48,484 nt of DNA from Botryllus schlosseri (lineage: Eukaryota), in the NCBI GenBank assembly GCA_051294905.1, contig CM119372.1, forward strand, positions 40,550,001 to 40,598,484, read 5' to 3'. The stretch's first letter is position 1; every line of letters begins with the position of its first letter. The position numbers and the translations under genes were made by a program. This document shows positions 1 through 13,400 of this stretch, piece by piece. The notes beneath the pieces were generated by a model. It was not told the origin of the DNA. It saw nothing but the letters and a program-made list of their open reading frames with translations, and did no database searches.

Positions 1-3000
1 GCCTGCATCGTGATTCGATATTTCACATTACGCAGGAACGGACCTAAACAGACAGTATTATCCGCGGGCCAATGAAGGTTTGTTCACGGACTCTAGATAA
101 GATTGGTTCGATTGCTGGCTTCCGAAGATTGCGCCGTGTCCAGTAAAAGGACATACGACTCAAGTACTAATCAAGCGCCTGTAATACAATCACCTTACAT
201 ATTGATTGTGTTAAGGTGAGTCCGCATTACAAAATGCTCCGAGTGCGCTCGGATTTTTCAATCAGTCGTATCTGATAAGCAGGCTTCCTAGTAGCCGAGC
301 TTGCTAGATAATTTTGAGAAATAATCTGTGAGTTTTGGCCTGCATCGTGATTCGATATTTCACATTACGCAGGAACGGAACTAAACAGACGGTATTATCA
401 GCTGGCCAATGATAGTTTGTTCAGGGTCTGTAGATAAGATTGGTTCGATTGCTGGCTTCCGAAGATTGCGCCGTGTCCAGCGAATGTACATACGACTCAC
501 GAACTACTTAAGCGCCCGTAATACAATCACCTTACATATTGATTGTCTTAAGGCGAGTCCGCATTACAAAATGCTCCTGGTGCATTCTGATTTTTCAATT
601 TGTCGTACCTGATAAGCAGTCTTCCTAGGAGCCGAGCTTGCTAGATAATTTTGAGAAATAATATGTGAGTTTTGGCCTGCATCGTGATTCGATTTTTCAC
701 ATTACGCAAGAACCGATCTAAACAGACGGTATTATCAGCTGGCCAATGATGGTTTGTTCAGGGTCTGTAGATAAGATTGGTTCGATTGCTGGCTTCCGAA
801 GATTGCGCCGTGTCCAGCAAATGTACATACGACTCACAAACTACTTAAGCGCCCGTAATACAATCATCTTACATATTGATTGTGTTAAGGTGTGTCCGCA
901 TTACAAAATGCTCCGAGTGCGCTCGGATTTTTCAATTAGTCGTATTTGATAAACAGGCTTCCTAGTAGCCGAGCTTGCTAGATAATTTTGAGAAATAAAA
1001 TGTGAGTTTTGGCCTGCATCGTGATTCGATATTTCACATTACGCAGGAACGGACCGAAACAGACGGTATTATCAGCTGGCCAATGATAGTTTGTTCAGGG
1101 TCTGTAGATAAGATTGGTTCGATTGCTGGCTTTCGAAGATTGCGCCGTGTCCAGCGAATGTACATACGACTCACAAACTACTTAAGCGCCCGTAATACAA
1201 TCATCTTACATATTGATTGTGTTAAGGTGAGTCCGCATTACAAAATGCTCCGAGTGCGCTCGGATTTTTCAATCAGTCGTATCTGATAAGCAGGCTTCCT
1301 AGTAGCCGAGCTTGCTAGATAATTTTGAGAAATAATCTGTGAGCTTTGGCCTGCATCGTGATTCGATATTTCACATTACGCAGGAACGGAACTAAACAGA
1401 CGGTATTATCAGCTGGCCAATGATAGTTTGTTCAGGGTCTGTAAATAAGATTGGTTCGATTGCTGGCTTCCGAAGATTGCGCCGTGTCCAGCGAATGTAC
1501 ATACGACTCACGAACTACTTAAGCGCCCGTAATACAATCACCTTACATATTGATTGTCTTAAGGCGAGTCCGCATTACAAAATGCTCCTGGTGCATTCGG
1601 ATTTTTCAATTTGTCGTACCTGATAAGCAGGCTTCCTAGGAGCCGAGCTTGCTAGATAATTTTGAGAAATAATATGTGAGTTTTGGCCTGCATCGTGATT
1701 CGATTTTTCACATTACGCAAGAACCGATCTAAACAGACGGTATTATCAGCTGGCCAATGATGGTTTGTTCGGGTTCTGTAGATTAGATTGGATCGATTTC
1801 TGGCTTTCGAAGATTGCGCCGTGTCCAGCGAATGTACATACGACTCACGAACTAATCAAGCGCCCGTAATACAATCATCTTACATATTGATTGTGTTAAG
1901 GTGAGTCCGCATTACAAAATGCTCCGAGTGCGCTCGGATTTTTCAATTTGTCGTACCTGATAAGCAGGCTTCCTAGGAGCCGAGCATGCTAGATAATTTT
2001 GAGAAATTATATGTGAGTTTTGGCCTGCATCGTGATTCGATATTTCACATTACGCAGGAACGGACCGAAACAGACGGTATTATCAGCTGGCCAATGATAG
2101 TTTGTTCAGGGTCTGTAGATAAGATTGGTTCGATTGCTGGCTTCCGAAGATTGCGCCGTGTCCAGCAAATGTACATACGACTCACAAACTACTTAAGCGC
2201 CCGTAATACAATCATCTTACATATTGATTGTGTTAAGGTGAGTCCGCATTACAAAATGCTCCGAGTGCGCTCGGATTTTTCAATTAGTCGTATCTGATAA
2301 ACAGGCTTCCTAGTAGCCGAGCTTGCTAGATAATTTTGAGAAATAAAATGTGAGTTTTGGCCTGCATCGTGATTCGATATTTCACATTACGCAGGAACGG
2401 ACCGAAACAGACGGTATTATCAGCTGGCCAATGATAGTTTGTTCAGGGTCTGTAGATAAGATTGGTTCGATTGCTGGCTTTCGAAGATTGCGCCGTGTCC
2501 AGTAAAAGGACATACGACTCACGAACTACTCAAGTGCCCGTAATACAATCACCTTACATATTGATTGTGTTAAGGTGAGTCCGCAATACAAAATGCTCCT
2601 GGTGCGCTCGGATTTTTCAATTTGTCGTACCTGATAAGCAGGCTTCCTAGGAGCCGAGCATGCTAGATAATTTTGAGAAATAATATGTGAGTTTTGGCCT
2701 GCATCGTGATTCGATATTTCACATTACGCAGGAACGGACCTAAACAGACGGTATTATCAGCGGGCCAATGAAGGTTTGTTCACGGACTCTAGATAAGATT
2801 AGTTCGATTGCTGGCTTCCGAAGATTGCGCCGTGTCCAGTAAAAGGACATACGACTCAAGTACTAATCAAGCGCCCGTAATACAATCACCTTACATATTG
2901 ATTGTGTTAAGGTGAGTCCGCATTACAAAATGCTCCGAGTGCGCTCGGATTTTTCAATTAGTCGTATCTGATAAGCAGGCTTCCTAGTTTCCGAGCTTGC

Positions 3001-6000
3001 TAGATAATTTTGAGAAATAAAATGTGAGTTTTGGCCTGCATCGTGATTCGATTTTTCACATTACGCAAGAACCGATCTAAACAGACGGTATTATCAGCTG
3101 GCCAATGATAGTTTGTTCAGGGTCTGTAGATAAGATTGGTTCGATTGCTGGCTTCCGAAGATTGCGCCGTGTCCAGCGAATGTACATACGACTCACAAAC
3201 TACTTAAGCGCCCGTAATACAATCATCTTACATATTGATTGTGTTAAGGTGAGTCCGCATTACAAAATGCTTCGAGTGCGCTCGGATTTTTCAATTAGTC
3301 GTATCTGATAAGCAGGCTTCCTAGTTTCCGAGCTTGCTAGATAATTTTGAGAAATAAAATGTGAGTTTTGGCCTGCATCGTGATTCGATTTTCCACATTA
3401 CGCAAGAACCGATCTAAACAGACGGTATTATCAGCTGGCCAATGATGGTTTGTTCAGGGTCTGTAGATAAGATTGGTTCGATTGCTAGCTTCCGAAGATT
3501 GCGCCGTGTCCAGTAAAAGGACATACGACTCACGAACTACTTAAGCGCCCGTAATACAACACCTTACATATTGATTGTGTTAAGGTCAGTCCGCATTACA
3601 AAATGCTCCTGGTGCGCTCGGATTTTTCAATTTGTCGTACCTGATAAGCAGGCTTCCTAGGATCCGAGCATGCTAGATAATTTTGAGAAATAATATGTGA
3701 GTTTTGGCCTGCATCGTGATTCGATATTTCACATTACGCAGGAACGGACCTAATCAGACGGTATTATCAGCTGGCCAATGATAATTTGTTCAGGGTCTGT
3801 AGATAAGATTTGTTCGATTGCTGGCTTCCGAAGATTGCGCCGTGTCCAGCGAATGTACATACGACTCACGAACGCACTTAAGCGCCCGTAATACAATCAT
3901 CCTACATATTGATTGTGTTAAGGTGAGTCCGCATTACAAAATGCTCCGAGTGCGCTCGGATTTTTCAATTAGTCGTATTTGATAAGCAGGCTTCCTAGTA
4001 GCCGAGCTTGCTAGATAATTTTGAGAAATAATATGTGAGTTTTGGCCTGCATCGTGATTCGATATTTCACATTACGCAGGAACGGACCTAAACAGACGGT
4101 ATTATCAGCTGGCCAATGATGGTTTGTTCACGGACTCTAGATAAGATTGGTTCGATTGCTGGCTTCCGAAGATTGCGATGTGTCCAGTAAAAGGACATAC
4201 GACTCAAGTACTAATCAAGCGCCCGTAATACAATCACCTTACATATTGATTGTGTTAAGGTGAGTCCGCATTACAAAATGCTCCGAGTGCGCTCGGATTT
4301 TTCAATTAGTCGTATCTGATAAGCAGGCTTCCTAGTAGCCGAGCTTGCTAGATAATTTTGAGAAATAATATGTGAGTTTTGGCCTGCAACGTAATTCGAT
4401 TTTTAACATTACGCAAGAACCGACCTAAAATACGGTGTTTTCAGCTGGCCAATGATGGTTTGTTCAGGTTCTGTAGATAAGATTGGTTCGATTGCTGGCT
4501 TTCGAAGATTGCGCCGTGTCCAGCGAATGTACATACGACTCACGAACTACTTAAGCGCCCGTAATACAATCACCTTACATATTGATTGTCTTAAGGCGAG
4601 TCCGCATTACAAAATGCTCCTTGTGCCCTCGGATTTTTCAATTTGTCGTACCTGATAAGCAGGCTTCCTAGGAGCCGAGCTTGCTAGATAATTTTGAGAA
4701 ATAATATGTGAGTTTTGGCCTGCATCGTGATTCGATATTTCACATTACGCAAGAACCGATATAAACAGACGGTATTATCAGCTGGCCAATGATGGTTTGT
4801 TCACGGTCTGTAGATAAGATTGGTTCGATTGCTGGCTTCCGAAGATTGCGTCGTGTCCAGTAAAAGGACATACGACTCAAGAACTAATCAAGCGCCCGTA
4901 ATACAATCACCTTACATATTAATTGTCTTAAGGTGAGTCCGCATTACAAAATGCTCCGAGTGCGCTCGGATTTTTCAATTAGTCGTATTTGATAAGCAGG
5001 CTTCCTAGTAGCCGAGCTTGCTAGATAATTTTGAGAAATAATATGTGAGTTATGGCCTGCATCGTGATTCGATATTTCACATTACGCAGGAACGGACCTA
5101 AACAGACGGTATTATCAGCGGGCCAATGAAGGTTTGTTCACGGACTCTAGATAAGATTGGTTCGATTGCTGGCTTCCGAAGATTGCGCCGTGTCCAGCAA
5201 ATGTACATACGACTCACAAACTACTTAAGCGCCCGTAATACAATCATCTTACATATTGATTGTGTTAAGGTGAGTCCGCATTACAAAATGCTCCGAGTGC
5301 GCTCGGATTTTTCAATTAGTCGTATCTGATAAGCAGGCTTCATAGTAGCCGAGCTTGCTAGATAATTTTGAGAAATAAAATGTTAGTTTTGGCCTGCATC
5401 GTGATTCGATTTTTCACATTACGCAAGAACCGATCTAAACAGACGGTATTATCAGCTGGCCAATGATGGTTTGTTCAGGTTCTGTAGATTAGATTGGATC
5501 GATTTCTGGTTTTCGAAGATTGCGCCGTGTCCAGCGAATGTACATACGGCTCACGAACTAATCAAGCGCCCGTAATACAATCATCTTACATATTGATTGT
5601 GTTAAGGTGAGTCCGCATTACAAAATGCTCCGAGTGCGCTCGGATTTTTCAATTAGTCGTACCTGATAAGCAGGCTTCCTAGGAGCCGAGCATGCTAGAT
5701 AATTTTGAGAAATTATATGTGAGTTTTGGCCTGCATCGTGATTCGATATTTCACATTACGCAGGAACGGACCGAAACAGACGGTATTATCAGCTGGCCAA
5801 TGATAGTTTGTTCAGGGTCTGTAGATAAGATTGGTTCGATTGCTGGCTTCCGAAGATTGCGCCGTGTCCAGCAAATGTACATACGACTCACAAACTACTT
5901 AAGCGCCCGTAATACAATCATCTTACATATTGATTGTGTTAAGGTGAGTCCGCATTACAAAATGCTTCGAGTGCAGTCGGATTTTTCAATTAGTCGTATC

Positions 6001-7438
6001 TGAAAAACAGGCTTCCTTGTAGCCGAGCTTGCTAGATAATTTTGACAAATAAAATGTGAGTTTTGGCCTGCATCGTGATTCGATATTTCACATTACGCAG
6101 CAACGGACCGAAACAGACGGTATTATCAGCTGGCCAATGATGGTTTGTTCAGGGTCTGTAGATAAGATTGGTTCGATTGCTGGCTTTCGAAGATTGCGCC
6201 GTGTCCAGCGAATGTACATACGACTCACGAACTACTTAAGCGCCCGTAATGCAATCATCTTACATATTGATTGTGTTAAGGTGAGTCCGCATTACAAAAT
6301 GCTCCGAGTGCGCTCGGATTTTTCAATTAGTCGTATTTGATAAGCAGGCTTCCTAGTAGCCGAGCTTGCTAGATGATTTTGAGAAATAATATGTGAGTTA
6401 TAGCCTGCATCGTGATTCGATATTTCACATTACGCAGGAACGGACCTAAACAGACGGTATTATCAGCGGGCCAATGAAGGTTTGTTCACGGACTCTAGAT
6501 AAGATTGGTTCGATTGCTGGCTTCCGAAGATTGCGCCGTGTCCAGCAAATGTACATACGACTCACAAACTACTTAAGCGCCCGTAATACAATCATCTTAC
6601 ATATTGATTGTGTTAAGGTGAGTCCGCATTACAAAATGCTCCGAGTGCGCTCGGATTTTTCAGTTAGTCGTATCTGATAAACAGGCTTCCTAGTAGCCGA
6701 GCTTGCTAAATAATTTTGAGAAATAAAATGTGAGTTTGGGCCTGCATCGTGATTCGATATTTCACATTACGCAGGAACGGACCGAAACAGACGGTATTAT
6801 CAGCTGGCCAATGATAGTTTGTTCAGGGTCTGTAGATAAGATTGGTTCGATTGCTGGCTTTCGAAGATTGCGCCGTGTCCAGCGAATGTACATACGACTC
6901 ACGAACTACTTAAGCGCCCGTAATGCAATCATCTTACATATTGATTGTGTTAAGGTGAGTCCGCATTACAAAATGCTCCGAGTGCGCTCGGATTTTTCAA
7001 TTAGTCGTATTTGATAAGCAGGCTTCCTAGTAGCCGAGCTTGCTAGATAATTTTGAGAAATAATCTGTGAGTTTTGGCCTGCATCGTGATTCGATATTTC
7101 ACATTACGCAAGAACCGATCTAAACAGACGGTATTATCAGCTGGCCAATGATGGTTTGTTCACGGTCTGTAGATAAGATTGGTTCGATTGCTGGCTTCCG
7201 AAGATTGCGTCGTGTCCAGTAAAAGGACATACGACTCAAGAACTAATCAAGCGCCCGTAATACAATCACCTTACATATTGATTGTCTTAAGGTGAGTCCG
7301 CATTACAAAATGCTCCGAGTGCGCTCGGATTTTTCAATTAGTCGTATATGAAAAGCAGGCTTCCTAGTAGCCGAGCTTGCTAGATAATTTTGAGAAATAA
7401 TATGTGAGTTTTGGCCTGCATCGTGATTCGATATTTCA
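1..7438 (+). repeat. 337-bp satellite DNA array, forward-orientation block (~22 monomers, truncated by the window start)
   Basis: The monomer starting GCCTGCATCGTGATTCGATATTTCACATTACG recurs every 337 bp; the spurious ORFs repeat at 409, 746, 1420 and so on. Monomers differ by a limited set of shared variant positions. Confidence 0.98.
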
Positions 7439-7456
7439 AGCGCCCGAGTTTTGGCC

Positions 7457-10400
7457 CGATGCAGGCCAAAACTCACATATTATTTCTCAAAATTATCTAG
7501 CAAGCTCGGCTCCTAGGAAGCCTGCTTATCAGGTACGACAAATTGAAAAATCCGAGGGCACAAGGAGCATTTTGTAATGCGGACTCGCCTTAAGACAATC
7601 AATATGTAAGGTGATTGTATTACGGGCGCTTAAGTAGTTCGTGAGTCGTATGTACATTCGCTGGACACGGCGCAATCTTCGAAAGCCAGCAGTCGAACCA
7701 ATCTTATCTACAGAACCTGAACAAACCATCATTGGCCAGCTGAAAACACCGTATTTTAGGTCGGTTCTTGCGTAATGTTAAAAATCGAATTACGTTGCAG
7801 GCCAAAACTCACATATTATTTCTCAAAATTATCTAGCAAGCTCGGCTACTAGGAAGCCTGCTTATCAGATACGACTAATTGAAAAATCCGAGCGCACTCG
7901 GAGCATTTTGTAATGCGGACTCACCTTAACACAATCAATATGTAAGGTGATTGTATTACGGGCGCTTGATTAGTACTTGAGTCGTATGTCCTTTTACTGG
8001 ACACATCGCAATCTTCGGAAGCCAGCAATCGAACCAATCTTATCTAGAGTCCGTGAACAAACCATCATTGGCCAGCTGATAATACCGTCTGTTTAGGTCC
8101 GTTCCTGCGTAATGTGAAATATCGAATCACGATGCAGGCCAAAACTCACATATTATTTCTCAAAATTATCTAGCAAGCTCGGCTACTAGGAAGCCTGCTT
8201 ATCAAATACGACTAATTGAAAAATCCGAGCGCACTCGGAGCATTTTGTAATGCGGACTCACCTTAACACAATCAATATGTAGGATGATTGTATTACGGGC
8301 GCTTAAGTAGTTCGTGAGTCGTATGTACATTCGCTGGACACGGCGCAATCTTCGGAAGCCAGCAATCGAACAAATCTTATCTACAGACCCTGAACAAATT
8401 ATCATTGGCCAGCTGATAATACCGTCTGATTAGGTCCGTTCCTGCGTAATGTGAAATATCGAATCACGATGCAGGCCAAAACTCACATATTATTTCTCAA
8501 AATTATCTAGCATGCTCGGATCCTAGGAAGCCTGCTTATCAGGTACGACAAATTGAAAAATCCGAGCGCACCAGGAGCATTTTGTAATGCGGACTGACCT
8601 TAACACAATCAATATGTAAGGTGTTGTATTACGGGCGCTTAAGTAGTTCGTGAGTCGTATGTCCTTTTACTGGACACGGCGCAATCTTCGGAAGCTAGCA
8701 ATCGAACCAATCTTATCTACAGACCTGAACAAACCATCATTGGCCAGCTGATAATACCGTCTGTTTAGATCGGTTCTTGCGTAATGTGAAAAATCGAATC
8801 ACGATGCAGGCCAAAACTCACATTTTATTTCTCAAAATTATCTAGCAAGCTCGGAAACTAGGAAGCCTGCTTATCAGATACGACTAATTGAAAAATCCGA
8901 GCGCACTCGAAGCATTTTGTAATGCGGACTCACCTTAACACAATCAATATGTAAGATGATTGTATTACGGGCGCTTAAGTAGTTTGTGAGTCGTATGTAC
9001 ATTCGCTGGACACGGCGCAATCTTCGGAAGCCAGCAATCGAACCAATCTTATCTACAGACCCTGAACAAACTATCATTGGCCAGCTGATAATACCGTCTG
9101 TTTAGATCGGTTCTTGCGTAATGTGAAAAATCGAATCACGATGCAGGCCAAAACTCACATTTTATTTCTCAAAATTATCTAGCAAGCTCGGAAACTAGGA
9201 AGCCTGCTTATCAGATACGACTAATTGAAAAATCCGAGCGCACTCGGAGCATTTTGTAATGCGGACTCACCTTAACACAATCAATATGTAAGGTGATTGT
9301 ATTACGGGCGCTTGATTAGTACTTGAGTCGTATGTCCTTTTACTGGACACGGCGCAATCTTCGGAAGCCAGCAATCGAACTAATCTTATCTAGAGTCCGT
9401 GAACAAACCTTCATTGGCCCGCTGATAATACCGTCTGTTTAGGTCCGTTCCTGCGTAATGTGAAATATCGAATCACGATGCAGGCCAAAACTCACATATT
9501 ATTTCTCAAAATTATCTAGCATGCTCGGCTCCTAGGAAGCCTGCTTATCAGGTACGACAAATTGAAAAATCCGAGCGCACCAGGAGCATTTTGTATTGCG
9601 GACTCACCTTAACACAATCAATATGTAAGGTGATTGTATTACGGGCACTTGAGTAGTTCGTGAGTCGTATGTCCTTTTACTGGACACGGCGCAATCTTCG
9701 AAAGCCAGCAATCGAACCAATCTTATCTACAGACCCTGAACAAACTATCATTGGCCAGCTGATAATACCGTCTGTTTCGGTCCGTTCCTGCGTAATGTGA
9801 AATATCGAATCACGATGCAGGCCAAAACTCACATTTTATTTCTCAAAATTATCTAGCAAGCTCGGCTACTAGGAAGCCTGTTTATCAGATACGACTAATT
9901 GAAAAATCCGAGCGCACTCGGAGCATTTTGTAATGCGGACTCACCTTAACACAATCAATATGTAAGATGATTGTATTACGGGCGCTTAAGTAGTTTGTGA
10001 GTCGTATGTACATTTGCTGGACACGGCGCAATCTTCGGAAGCCAGCAATCGAACCAATCTTATCTACAGACCCTGAACAAACTATCATTGGCCAGCTGAT
10101 AATACCGTCTGTTTCGGTCCGTTCCTGCGTAATGTGAAATATCGAATCACGATGCAGGCCAAAACTCACATATAATTTCTCAAAATTATCTAGCATGCTC
10201 GGCTCCTAGGAAGCCTGCTTATCAGGTACGACAAATTGAAAAATCCGAGCGCACTCGGAGCATTTTGTAATGCGGACTCACCTTAACACAATCAATATGT
10301 AAGATGATTGTATTACGGGCGCTTGATTAGTTCGTGAGTCGTATGTACATTCGCTGGACACGGCGCAATCTTCGAAAGCCAGAAATCGATCCAATCTAAT

Positions 10401-13400
10401 CTACAGAACCCGAACAAACCATCATTGGCCAGCTGATAATACCGTCTGTTTAGATCGGTTCTTGCGTAATGTGAAAAATCGAATCACGATGCAGGCCAAA
10501 ACTCACATATTATTTCTCAAAATTATCTAGCAAGCTCGGCTCCTAGGAAGCCTGCTTATCAGGTACGACAAATTGAAAAATCCGAATGCACCAGGAGCAT
10601 TTTGTAATGCGGACTCGCCTTAAGACAATCAATATGTAAGGTGATTGTATTACGGGCGCTTAAGTAGTTCGTGAGTCGTATGTACATTCGCTGGACACGG
10701 CGCAATCTTCGGAAGCCAGCAATCGAACCAATCTTATTTACAGACCCTGAACAAACTATCATTGGCCAGCTGATAATACCGTCTGTTTAGTTCCGTTCCT
10801 GCGTAATGTGAAATATCGAATCACGATGCAGGCCAAAGCTCACAGATTATTTCTCAAAATTATCTAGCAAGCTCGGCTACTAGGAAGCCTGCTTATCAGA
10901 TACGACTGATTGAAAAATCCGAGCGCACTCGGAGCATTTTGTAATGCGGACTCACCTTAACACAATCAATATGTAAGATGATTGTATTACGGGCGCTTAA
11001 GTAGTTTGTGAGTCGTATGTACATTCGCTGGACACGGCGCAATCTTCGAAAGCCAGCAATCGAACCAATCTTATCTACAGACCCTGAACAAACTATCATT
11101 GGCCAGCTGATAATACCGTCTGTTTCGGTCCGTTCCTGCGTAATGTGAAATATCGAATCACGATGCAGGCCAAAACTCACATTTTATTTCTCAAAATTAT
11201 CTAGCAAGCTCGGCTACTAGGAAGCCTGTTTATCAAATACGACTAATTGAAAAATCCGAGCGCACTCGGAGCATTTTGTAATGCGGACACACCTTAACAC
11301 AATCAATATGTAAGATGATTGTATTACGGGCGCTTAAGTAGTTTGTGAGTCGTATGTACATTTGCTGGACACGGCGCAATCTTCGGAAGCCAGCAATCGA
11401 ACCAATCTTATCTACAGACCCTGAACAAACCATCATTGGCCAGCTGATAATACCGTCTGTTTAGATCGGTTCTTGCGTAATGTGAAAAATCGAATCACGA
11501 TGCAGGCCAAAACTCACATATTATTTCTCAAAATTATCTAGCAAGCTCGGCTCCTAGGAAGCCTGCTTATCAGGTACGACAAATTGAAAAATCAGAATGC
11601 ACCAGGAGCATTTTGTAATGCGGACTCGCCTTAAGACAATCAATATGTAAGGTGATTGTATTACAGGCGCTTAAGTAGTTCGTGAGTCGTATGTACATTC
11701 GCTGGACACGGCGCAATCTTCGGAAGCCAGCAATCGAACCAATCTTATCTACAGACCCTGAACAAACTATCATTGGCCAGCTGATAATACCGTCTGTTTA
11801 GTTCCGTTCCTGCGTAATGTGAAATATCGAATCACGATGCAGGCCAAAACTCACAGATTATTTCTCAAAATTATCTAGCAAGCTCGGCTACTAGGAAGCC
11901 TGCTTATCAGATACGACTGATTGAAAAATCCGAGCGCACTCGGAGCATTTTGTAATGCGGACTCACCTTAACACAATCAATATGTAAGGTGATTGTATTA
12001 CAGGCGCTTGATTAGTACTTGAGTCGTATGTCCTTTTACTGGACACGGCGCAATCTTCGGAAGCCAGCAATCGAACCAATCTTATCTAGAGTCCGTGAAC
12101 AAACCTTCATTGGCCCGCGGATAATACTGTCTGTTTAGGTCCGTTCCTGCGTAATGTGAAATATCGAATCACGATGCAGGCCATAACTCACATATTATTT
12201 CTCAAAATTATCTAGCAAGCTCGGCTACTAGGAAGCCTGCTTATCAAATACGACTAATTGAAAAATCCGAGCGCACTCGGAGCATTTTGTAATGCGGACT
12301 CACCTTAACACAATCAATATGTAAGATGATTGCATTACGGGCGCTAAAGTAGTTCGTGAGTCGTATGTACATTCGCTGGACACGGCGCAATCTTCGAAAG
12401 CCAGCAATCGAACCAATCTTATCTACAGACCCTGAACAAACTATCATTGGCCAGCTGATAATACCGTCTGTTTCGGTCAGTTCCTGCGTAATGTGAAATA
12501 TCGAATCACGATGCAGGCCAAAACTCACATTTTATTTCTCAAAATTATCTAGCAAGCTCGGCTACTAGGAAGCCTGTTTATCAGATACGACTAATTGAAA
12601 AATCCGAGCGCACTCGGAGCATTTTGTAATGCGGACTCACCTTAAGACAATCAATATGTAAGGTGATTGTATTACGGGCGCTTGATTAGTTCTTGAGTCG
12701 TATGTCCTTTTACTGGACACGACGCAATCTTCGGAAGCCAGCAATCGAACCAATCTTATCTACAGACCGTGAACAAACCATCATTGGCCAGCTGATAATA
12801 CCGTCTGTTTATATCGGTTCTTGCGTAATGTGAAATATCGAATCACGATGCAGGCCAAAACTCACATATTATTTCTCAAAATTATCTAGCAAGCTCGGCT
12901 CCTAGGAAGCCTGCTTATCAGGTACGACAAATTGAAAAATCCGAGGGCACAAGGAGCATTTTGAAATGCGGACTCGCCTTAAGACAATCAATATGTAAGG
13001 TGATTGTATTACGGGCGCTTAAGTAGTTCGTGAGTCGTATGTACATTCGCTGGACACGGCGCAATCTTCGAAAGCCAGCAGTCGAACCAATCTTATCTAC
13101 AGAACCTGAACAAACCATCATTGGCCAGCTGAAAACACCGTATTTTAGGTCGGTTCTTGCGTAATGTTAAAAATCGAATTACGTTGCAGGCCAAAACTCA
13201 CATATTATTTCTCAAAATTATCTAGCAAGCTCGGCTACTAGGAAGCCTGCTTATCAGATACGACTAATTGAAAAATCCGAGCGCACTCGGAGCATTTTGT
13301 AATGCGGACTCACCTTAACACAATCAATATGTAAGGTGATTGTATTACGGGCGCTTGATTAGTACTTGAGTCGTATGTCCTTTTACTGGACACATCGCAA

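Noticed and set aside
1..337. CENP-B box in the satellite monomer
   Set aside because: I found no TTCG-n4-A-n2-CGGG match by eye on either strand.
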